64,000 nucleotides of DNA, taken from Eledone cirrhosa. Its lineage: Eukaryota. Under the pieces are notes generated by a model. That model was not told the origin of the DNA. It did not search any database and worked only from the letters and a program-made list of their open reading frames with translations. The DNA is taken from assembly GCA_964016885.1 (NCBI GenBank), contig OZ024741.1:22506001-22570000 (forward strand), in the 5' to 3' direction. Shown piece after piece: positions 27,923 through 36,200 of this stretch. The position numbers were made by a program, and so were the translations under genes. The number at the start of each line of letters is the position of its first letter. Within the stretch, counting starts at the first letter, position 1.

Positions 27923-28360
27923 TTATATTATAACATATACATATTTTTAGGAACATATGTTAAAGAAATAACATTTAGTAATATTAAATTACTAACAGCG
28001 AACTTTTATGGTATTTCGAACATAACTTAAAGGTAACATATTTAATGACACAATGCTTACAGAGAAGTCATAAAAATCACTTATATAAACACAAATGGAT
28101 AATTTCTTTCAGAATGAAAATATAAACAGAGCATATAAATAGATTGACAGTAGAATAACATAAATATGTTTTAAACATTTAGTTAACTTTTAAATTGTAT
28201 TGACCAATATGATGGAGTGCTGAGTTACAGTTAGTTCCTACCCTAAGAATCGACTGATAACTGTCTTGCTATAGATGAAAATGAAATTCTTATCTAAATA
28301 AAGAGTCAGCGAGATTTAAAGAAACCTAAATTAGTTTAATTTTCTTTTTACGATCATAAA

Positions 28361-28417
28361 CAAGGGTGGTGCCCCAGCATAGCCTCAGCCGGATGACTGG
28401 AACAGGTAAAAGAGTAA
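28361..28417 (+). mobile_element. Probable SINE 3'-end fragment
   Basis: GGTGGTGCCCCAGCATAGCCTCAGCC...GGAACAGGTAAAAGAGTAA is a GC-rich patch in AT-rich DNA that resembles a cephalopod SINE tail as I recall it. Not verified. Confidence 0.4.
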
Positions 28418-28703
28418 GGATCGCGATGGCATTTCAGCCAGGTGCCCGATGCAAGCTGAATTTATTGAAAACTGCATTGATATTGATCAAAAATAAATTC
28501 TAAATAAATATCATCAAATAACTGTAGCTACGTGGAAGATAAAATACAAAACCATTAGAATTTGTTATCTAGCGAGTTTTCCAAATCGAAAACAGCGATG
28601 AAATTTCTGTGCGTATAACAAAATATCATTTGTCACTGTCAATTTCGTTTTTGTTGTGTTTTTAGACAAAATTATCATTTCGTTTGTTTCTCAATTATAA
28701 AAG

Positions 28704-28723
28704 TTTTTTTTTTTTTTTTTTTT
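28704..28723. repeat. Poly(T) tract (20 nt)
   Basis: Directly visible homopolymer. Confidence 0.95.
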
Positions 28724-28902
28724 AAAGACACGGTCTAACTATCCTGGATTTTTTAAATATGTGATCTGTCTCCAGCTATATTAAATTTATAGTGCGGTAG
28801 ATAAAATAAAGCTTGATAAATATTGAAATAAAATATATTTAAAACATATTGTGATGTGTCAAAAGGCTCAAATGACAAGTAAAAATTTTCTGGACCAGTT
28901 TC

Positions 28903-28960
28903 TCTTAAACAACATATTTCGTTGGAATTCAATTCTTAAACAACATATTTCGTTGGAATT
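28903..28960. repeat. Perfect 27-bp direct duplication (period 31)
   Basis: TCTTAAACAACATATTTCGTTGGAATT occurs at 28903-28929 and 28934-28960, separated by CAAT. Confidence 0.95.
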
Positions 28961-29312
28961 TCTCTAGCTGTATATGCTACAGTATACGTCTCTATCCTGA
29001 ATCACGCTGTGTTAGTACCACTGCTAAAATGAGTTAATGCAAGATTCTTTTAATTAATGTGTAAAATAGTGAACACGTACCTGAACAAGTGGTAAAAAAA
29101 TGAAATGTTACGGTGGAGTTAAAAAACATGCGACTTCCCTTTATACCAATAAACTCTAACAAACGTGAGACGGCTTCGGCGAAATCTAGTTTATATCAAT
29201 TAAATGTTGTTTACGTTATCTCAATATATACTCTGGTTATCTCCCTTGAATACTCATACATATCATTTGAAAGTAGTGTAAACTTAATAGATGGTCTTAT
29301 ATACAGATGGTT

Positions 29313-29496
29313 CACACATATACACTCATATTCATACACACATACACATACACATACACACACAATCACGCGCATGCACACATGCACACACGCACACACA
29401 CACACGCACTCATACACACATATACACTCACAAACACACATACAAGCACTCATACACACACACACGTACACTCAAAAACACACACACACACACACA
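29313..29496. repeat. Imperfect (CA)n/(CATA)n microsatellite
   Basis: Visible dinucleotide repeat. It explains the His/Thr-rich and Val/Cys-rich ORFs at 29113-29621. Confidence 0.97.
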
Positions 29497-29554
29497 TTTG
29501 GAATGTGGTGACTAAAGAGGTTGCATCAAAAGATCCCCGATTATTTTTATTTAC

Positions 29555-29735
29555 CGGATTGGCAGTATCGGTAGAGGGTCGGACGCCATGCTTTGCAGAG
29601 TTACGGCCCTTTATGGTCTGAGTTCAAATCCCGCCGAGGTTAACTTTGCCTTTCATCCTTACGGAGTCGATAAAATAAAGTACCAGTAATACATTGCGAT
29701 AATTGCTGGCCTTGTGCCAATAGTAGAAACAATTA
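29555..29735 (+). mobile_element. tRNA-derived SINE (family 1)
   Basis: A-box-like TGGCAGTATCGG at 29560-29571 and B-box GAGTTCAAATCC at 29620-29631. The body CTTTGCCTTTCATCC...GATAAAATAAAGTACCAG...GGCCTTGTGCC has an inverted homolog at 32815-33206. Confidence 0.8.
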
Positions 29736-29741
29736 ATATAA

Positions 29742-30810
29742 ATCAGTTGTGATATCATCCTTCGTTCAGTGAAGGTCCTTCAGCTTTACCACTTTGCTTG
29801 GCAAGTCTATCAGGAGCTTTCCTACGTCTCCTTTGGTGACCATTTCCTCCTATCGGCATCAGGGGTCCCACAGGGTGAACCGCTTGGGCCTATTCTTTTC
29901 ACACTGGGTATTGATCACATCTCCAAGATGGGAGTTGACCTGGATTTGAATGTCTAGTATCTGAATGATGTTTGTATGGGAAGGGGAGTCTTCCAGACAA
30001 GGTCTTTGCAACTGCAAAGACAATGATTGAGGAACTGTGTGATAGGGGCCTCCACAACAACAGTTCCAAATGCAAGCTCTGGTTCTTCAACCACCCAGCT
30101 TCACATCAGCAGACTGTCGACCTGTTAACAGAGTCCTTCCCCTCTATTGAAATTCCTCCCTCATCAGCATAGTGCTTCCTTAGAACCCCAATTACTGACC
30201 CAGCCTTTGAGTCCATCTTCCGATCTACGTTGGCTAACCTTGAGCAACTTTTAAAAAACCTCAAGGCTATTAAGCCTCACCAAGCTTTTTTGATATTTGG
30301 GGTTAGGGTAAGGGTTAGGGTTTGTTGATTCCTGAGTTGTTGAATTTCCTCAGAGTTAGTCCCTCTTACAGATTCTCGTTGTCTCTCCAACGCTTTGACT
30401 ACCTAATCTTCAGTGAACTCGCGGGCTTGGTCAATGTCAGACTCTCTCCAGAGTCTTGCAACATGGCTGCCTTGCCCAAACAGTTTGGAGGTCTCGGTCT
30501 GTGTAAATGCTTGTCTTTGTCTCTTCCTTGCTTTCTTTCCTCCATCCATGCTTGCTCCCCTGTGGTGGGTGACATCCTCTCCTTCCCAACTTGGACTAGT
30601 TCCACCAAGGAGATGGATGATGCTTTACTACAGTAGAGAGAGCTGGTTTTGTCAGTTTCTGATACTGATGAGGACAGATGGAAGCAGAGAGTATGGAACA
30701 ATCTGCAATCGAGTGACATCTTCAACTCTCTCTTTGATCAATCTGATCAATTTTCAAGGTATCGCTTACTTTCTGCAAGTGCAAAATTCTTGGTGGTGAA
30801 TTGATGGTTG
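29742..30810 (+). pseudogene. Degenerate non-LTR retrotransposon ORF fragment (reverse transcriptase core plus downstream region), CRE-like group of restriction-like-endonuclease (RLE) elements
   Basis: Colinear motifs across three frames: SGVPQGEPLGPILF (RT QG.PL.P), LNV*YLND (WYLDD), GLHNNSSKC (GL.LN..KC), FLRTPI (LG.PI), HQAFLI, IPELLNFLRVSP, LPKQFGGLGL (LP...GGLG), KQRVW and RYRLLS. Stops at 29955, 30170 and 30634, plus two frameshifts. No zinc knuckle or endonuclease is present. The clade assignment is from remembered motif patterns. Confidence 0.85.
30297..30322 (+). repeat. Short interstitial telomere-like tract TTGGGG TTAGGG TAAGGG TTAGGG TT
   Basis: Four in-register hexamers, two of them perfect TTAGGG, located at a frameshift in the RT pseudogene. 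Confidence 0.75.
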
Positions 30811-30821
30811 TTTTTGTTTGG

Positions 30822-30934
30822 TTGTTGTTTTTTCTTTCCTTTTCTTCATTCTCTCACTTTGATAATATATTATGGTGTGTTATATTTGTAAGGTTCCTAG
30901 CAATAATTAATTGTATTTATTGTATGTGTTTATA
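30822..30934 (+). repeat. Dispersed AT-rich repeat, copy 2, directly 3' of the RT fragment
   Basis: Homologous to 27058-27164. Confidence 0.8.
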
Positions 30935-30972
30935 GTTGTGTCTATATTATTTTGTAAGAATTGTGCAGTGAA

Positions 30973-31189
30973 TTAACCCTTTAGCATTTAAACCAACCAG
31001 AATTTCTCACCTCTTCCTGTTTAAACCGACCATAACTGGCTACTCATACTCATGTTAAGGTATTGTTATCAAACTAAATAATATCAAAATCTCATAGATT
31101 CAATATTATGTGAGATATTATATAAGATAAAGCCTTTATCATAAAAATATAATAGTATATGTAGAGTAATGTAAATGCTAAAGGGTTAA
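30973..31189 (+). mobile_element. piggyBac-type MITE (copy 2, complete)
   Basis: TTAA (30973-30976) followed by CCCTTTAGCATTTA, ending in TAAATGCTAAAGGG followed by TTAA (31186-31189). The TIR is a perfect 14 bp. A TTAA target site with CCC/GGG ends is the piggyBac signature. Confidence 0.93.
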
Positions 31190-31573
31190 ACAAAATTGTT
31201 ACATATTTTAAATTTATGAAATAATTTAAACAACAGCAGTAACAAAAACAATTTCTTGTATGTTAAAGACCAATGACCTACTTGTTCAGAAATTATTGCA
31301 GGTTTTATGTCTTTATTTGTTTTGACATGTTTTTCAGGAATAAAAACTCACGCAAAGTCTGTAAAATTATGTATAATGTTTAAGCTTATTTTATGCTCCT
31401 TTTTTTTCTCTGTCATCCATTTTTAATATACCATATTTCCTGACATCAAAAATGTTATTTTTTCCTAAAATAAGTCTATCATGACAACTCCACTAGTTAG
31501 GTTGTCATATCTTGGACACATCTGAAGAGAACTCTCAACCATTTGTATATTTTTATATTAAAATAACTCTTAT

Positions 31574-31675
31574 GTAGGAGAGTAAAAATGGCAGTAGTCA
31601 TGGTTTTGGTTCCATTACATGACACCTTGAACAAGCATCTTATACCATAGCTTCAAGTTGAATAATATGTGTGAG
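31574..31675 (+). mobile_element. Old SINE remnant with a CORE-like central motif
   Basis: GACACCTTGAACAAGCATCTT resembles the CCTTGGGCAAG motif in SINE central domains. It is heavily diverged. Confidence 0.3.
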
Positions 31676-31698
31676 CACAGATGCTTTGTCACAATATT

Positions 31699-31747
31699 AT
31701 CATCACCATCTAACGTCTATTTTTCATACTTGCATGGGTTAGATGGA
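31699..31747 (-). mobile_element. Probable retroposon 3' tail ending in a (TGA)n-like repeat
   Basis: The minus strand reads CCATCTAACCCATGCAAGTATGAAAAATAGACGTTAGATGGTGATGAT, which resembles LINE/SINE 3' ends with a short tandem tail. The family is recalled, not verified. Confidence 0.35.
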
Positions 31748-31869
31748 TGTTGCCATCCCAAATGTCTTCAGATCTTTTTCAAATTTACACCATTTATTGG
31801 TATCTATGAGAGAAGTAATCCTTGAAAGTGTCAGCTCCGTATCATTTACCAATAAGATTTTATGACCAT

Positions 31870-32098
31870 TTAACCCTTTAGCATTTAAACTGGCCATATC
31901 CGGCCAGAATTTTCTCACAGCTTTCTGTTAAAACTGGCCATAATTGGCCCCTCATACCGACTTTAAGGTATTGTTCTCAAAATAAATAATATCAAAATCT
32001 CATAGACTCGATATTATGTGAGATATTTATGTTAAGTAAAGCCTTTTCTCTGAAAATACAATAGTAAATATAGCGTAATGTGAATGCTAAAGGGTTAA
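31870..32098 (+). mobile_element. piggyBac-type MITE (copy 3, complete)
   Basis: TTAA (31870-31873) followed by CCCTTTAGCATT, ending in AATGCTAAAGGG followed by TTAA (32095-32098). The interior is colinear with copy 2. Confidence 0.93.
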
Positions 32099-32296
32099 AG
32101 ATTTGGACAATTTCCAAAATTTTGAAAATATTAAATTTATTTCATTTTTGGAGACAATAAAGGGTGAAAATTTGAAAAAAAATCTGACGATATTCGGGAT
32201 AGGCCCCTGTTGAATTTCACTGGAATGACCCTATGGAATTCTGGGAATTATGGTAGCGAACAAGAGAAGATCCATCTGGAACAATGTGGAAGAAGC

Positions 32297-32567
32297 AGGG
32301 AGAACATTTAGATGGCTGAAGGGAAGTGACCAGTAGGGGATCTGTGGTGTGTATGTCATAGATATATTGACTAGAGAGAACTAGGGGGAACTAGGGAGAA
32401 TATCTAGATGGCTGAAGGGAAGTGACCCTTGGGGTCTGTGGTGTGTATGTCATATAGATATATTAACTAGGAGGAACATTAGGAAAAACTAGGGAGAACA
32501 TTTAGATGGCTGAAGAGAAGTCACCAGTGGGGACCTGTGGTGTGCATGTCATATAGATATATAACTA
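32297..32567. repeat. Minisatellite, ~96-98-bp unit, about 2.8 diverged copies
   Basis: AGGGAGAA.AT.TAGATGGCTGAAG.GAAGT.ACC...CTGTGGTGTG.ATGTCATA recurs at 32297, 32393 and 32491. Confidence 0.92.
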
Positions 32568-32814
32568 TAGAAACCCAAAATTTAAATCTGAGCCCTTTAA
32601 ATATTATGGGTCCTGGCTACAGCCCAGTAACCCTGCCCCATTAATCCACTACAGGAAGGGGTAAGGTACCAGTGATCAGAACCCAAACCAAATTTTGATT
32701 TCTAAATGGAACCATTTAATATTGTTTTTACATTTCCAATGCTTGCTAATCAATACCATTCCATATTGATTCTCTTCATTCTACCCATGTAATAAATCAA
32801 TATTTTCTTAGAAT

Positions 32815-33206
32815 ATTGATTTCTAATATAGACACAAGACTAGCAAATTTTAGGGAAGAGCAAAGTTGATTTAATCAACCCCAGTACTTGACATGAAGGC
32901 ACATGGCTTAGTGGTTAGAGCATTGGGCTTGCAATCAAAAGTTGGGAGTTCAATTCTTGGGCCGAGTGATGTGTTGTTTCCTTGAGCAAGACACTTTATT
33001 TTATGTTGCTCCAGTTTACTCAGCAGTAGAAATGAGATGATAGGACTGGGGTCCCTATCATTAAGTCCCCCAAGACACCTCCAATGAGATATACCTTGGA
33101 GGAGGCCAGCTAAACCTGCATAGGTGTGAGCTGTAACAACAACAGTACTTCACTGCTATTTTATTTGATCGGCCGTGGAAGGATGAAAGGCAAGATTTGA
33201 ATTCAG
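32815..33206 (-). mobile_element. SINE family 1 copy on the minus strand, split by a nested SINE and truncated next to its B box by satellite B
   Basis: 32815-32892 (TTTCTAATATAGACACAAGACTAGCAA) and 33143-33206 (TTTTATTTGATCG...AAGGATGAAAGGCAA GATTTGAATTCAG) are reverse-complement homologs of the 3' and middle parts of the SINE at 29555-29735. Confidence 0.75.
32898..33142 (+). mobile_element. tRNA-derived SINE (family 2) with (AAC)n tail
   Basis: tRNA-like head GGCACATGGCTTAGTGGTTAGAGCA with A box at 32904-32914 and B box GAGTTCAATTC at 32946-32956. Central motif TCCTTGAGCAAGACACTT and tail TAACAACAA. Flanked by CAGTACTT(G/C)AC direct repeats. Confidence 0.82.
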
Positions 33207-36200
33207 TAGTGGGGTGCTGTTGAGGGTTGGTATACCTGAGCTGGGTAGTGGGGTGGTGTTGAGAGTTAGTGTGCCTGAGCTGGGTAGTGGGGTGGTGTTG
33301 AGAGTTAGTGTGCCTGAGCTGGGTAGTGGGATGGTGTTGAGGGTTGCTATACCTGAGCTGGGTAGTGGGGTGCTGTTGAGGGTTGGTATACCTGAGCTAG
33401 GTAGTGGGGTGGTGTTGAGAGTTAGTGTGCCTGAGCTGGGTAGTGGGGTGGTGTTGAGAGTTAGTGTGCCTGAGCTGGGTAGTGGGGTGGTGTTGAGGGT
33501 TGGTATACCTGAGCTGGGTAGTGGGGTGGTGTTGAGGCTTGGTATACCTGAGCTAGGTAGTGGAGTGCTGTTTAGGGTTGGTATACCTGAGCTGGGTAGT
33601 GGGGTGGTGTTGAGGGTTGGTGTGCCTGAGCTGGGTAGTGGGGTGGTGTTGAGGGTTGGTGTGCCTGAGCTGGGTAGTGGGGTGGTGTTGAGGGTTGGTA
33701 TACCTGAGCTGGGTAGTGGGGTGGTGTTGAGGGTTGGTATACATGAGCTGGGTAGTGGGGTGGTGTTGAGAGTTAGTGTGCCTGAGCTGGGAAGTGGGGT
33801 GGTGTTGAGGGTTGGTATACCTGAGCTGGGTAGTGGGGTGGTGTTGAGGGTTGGTATACATGAGCTAGGTATTGGGGTGGTGTTGAGAGTTAGTGTGCCT
33901 GAGCTGGGTAGTGGGGTGGTGTTGAGAGTTAGTGTGCCTGAGCTGGGTAGTGGGGTGGTGTTGAGGGTTGGTGTGCCTGAGCTGGGTAGTGGGGTGGTGT
34001 TGAGGGTTGGTGTGCCTGAGCTGGGTAGTGGGGTGGTGTTGAGGGTTGGTATACCTGAGCTGGGTAGTGGGGTGGTGTTGAGGGTTGGTATACCTGAGCT
34101 GGGTAGTGGGGTGTTGTTGAGAGTTGGTGTGCCTGAGCTGGGTAGTGGGGTGGTGTTGAGGGTTGGTGTGCTTGAGCTGGGTATTGGGGTGGTGTTGAGG
34201 GTTGGTGTGCTTGAGCTGGGTAGTGGGGTGTTGTTGAGGGTTGGGGTGCCTTAGTAGGGTAGTGGGGTGGTGTCGAGGGTTGGTGTGCCTTAGCTGGGTA
34301 GTGGGGTGGTGTTGAGAGTTGGTGTGCCTGAGCTGGGCACTGGGGTGGTGTTGAGGGTTGGTGTGCTTGAGATGGGTAGTGGGGTGGTGTTGAGGGTTGG
34401 TGTGCCTTAGTAGGGTAGTGGGGTGGTGTCGAGGGTTGGTGTGCCTTAGCTGGGTAGTGGGGTGGTGTTGAGAGTTGGTGTGCCTGAGCTGGGCAGTGGG
34501 GTGGTGTTGAGGGTTGGTGTGCCTTAGTAGGGTAGTGGGGTGGTGTCGAGGGTTGGTGTGCCTTAGCTGGGTAGTGGGGTGGTGTTGAGGGTTGGTGTGC
34601 CTGAGCTGGGCAGTGGGGTGGTGTTGAGGGTTGGTGTGCCTGAGCTGGGTAGTGGGGTGGTGTTGAGGGTTGGTGTGCCTGAGCTGGGTAGTGGGGTGGG
34701 GTTGAGGGTTGGTATACCTGAGCTGGGTAGTGGGGTGGTGTTGAGGGTTGGTGTGCCTGAGCTGGGTAGTGGGGTGGGGTTGAGGGTTGGTATACCTGAG
34801 CTGGGCAGTGGGGTGGTGTTGAGGGTTGGTGTGCCTGAGCTGGGTATTGGGGTGGGGTTGAGGGTTGGTATACCTGAGCTGGGTAGTGGGGTGGTGTTGA
34901 CGGTTGGTGTGCCTGAGCTGGGTAGTGGAGTGGTGTCGAGGGTTGGTGTGCCTTAGCTGGGTAGTGGGGTGGTGTTGAGGGTTGGTGTGCCTGAGCTGGG
35001 TAGTGGGGTGGGGTTGAGGGTTGGTATACCTGAGCTGGGTAGTGGGGTGGTGTTGAGGGTTGGTGTGTCTGAGCTGGGTAGTGGGGTGGGGTTGAGGGTT
35101 GGTATACCTGAGCTGGGCAGTGGGGTGGTGTTGAGGGTTGGTGTGCCTGAGCTGGGTAGTGGGGTGGGGTTGAGGGTTGGTATACCTGAGCTGGGTAGTG
35201 GGGTGGTGTTGAGGGTTGGTGTGCCTGAGCTGGGCAGTGGGGTGGTGTTGAGGGTTGGTGTGCCTGAGCTGGGTAGTGGGGTGGGGTTGAGGGTTGGTAT
35301 ACCTGAGCTGGGTAGTGGGGTGGTGTTGAGGGTTGGTGTGCCTGAGCTGGGTAGTGGGGTGGGGTTGAGGGTTGGTATACCTGAGCTGGGCATTGGGGTG
35401 GTGTTGAGGGTTGGTGTGCCTGAGCTGGGTAGTGGGGTGGGGTTGAGGGTTGGTATACCTGAGCTGGGTAGTGGGGTGTTGTTGAGGGTTGGTATACCTG
35501 AGCTGGGTAGTGGGGTGGTGTTGAGGGTTGGTATACCTGAGCTGGGTAGTAGGGTGTTGTTGAGGGTTGGTATACCTGAGCTGGGTAGTGGGGTGGTGTT
35601 GAGGGTTGGTGTGCTTGAGCTGGGTAGTGGGGTGGTGTTGAGGGTTGGTGTGCTTGATCTGGGTAGTGGGGTGGTGTCGAGGGTTGGTGTGCCGTAGCTG
35701 GGTAGTGGGGTGGTGTTGAGGGTTGGTGTGCCTGAGCTGGGCAGTGGGGTGTTGTTGAGAGTTGGTATACCTGAGCTGGGTAGTGGGGTGTTGTTGAGGG
35801 TTGGTATACCTGAGCTGGTTAGTGGGGTGGTGTTGAGGGTTGGTATACCTGAGCTGGGTAGGGGGGTGGTGTTGAGGGTTGGTGTACCTGAGCTGGGTAG
35901 TGGGGTGGTATTGAGGGTTGGTGTGCTTGAGCTGGGTAGTGGGGTGGTGTTGAGGATTGGTGTGCTTGAGCTGGGTAGTGGGGTGGTGTTGAGGGTTGGT
36001 GTGCTTGAGCTGGGTATTGGGGTGGTGTTGAGGGTTGGTATACCTGAGCTGGGTAGTGGGGTGGTGTTGAGGGTTGGCATACCTGAGCTGGGTAGTGGGG
36101 TGGTGTTGAGGGTTGCTATACCTGAGCTGGGTAGTGGGGTGGTGTTGAGGGTTGGTGTGCCTGAGCTGGGTAGTGGGGTGGTATTGAGGGTTGGAGTGCC

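Noticed and set aside
29113-29621. His/Thr-rich and Val/Cys-rich ORFs
   Set aside because: They are translations of the CA microsatellite and the adjacent SINE.
29899-30799. ORFs 29899-30090 (-), 30399-30725 (-) and 30413-30799 (+)
   Set aside because: They are shadow frames of the RT pseudogene and carry none of the conserved motifs.
29742-30810. An active RT-plus-repeat-array system (retron-, DGR- or telomerase-like) templating the satellites
   Set aside because: The RT has stops, frameshifts and a mutated catalytic motif, and I see no copy of either monomer within or next to it. Proximity alone is not evidence of a functional link.
31481-31508. 8-bp hairpin ATGACAAC...GTTGTCAT
   Set aside because: It is too short to exceed chance expectation and has no supporting context.
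32898-32965. tRNA gene
   Set aside because: A and B boxes are present, but the acceptor and T stems do not pair convincingly, and the sequence continues into a SINE body with a tail and target-site duplication.
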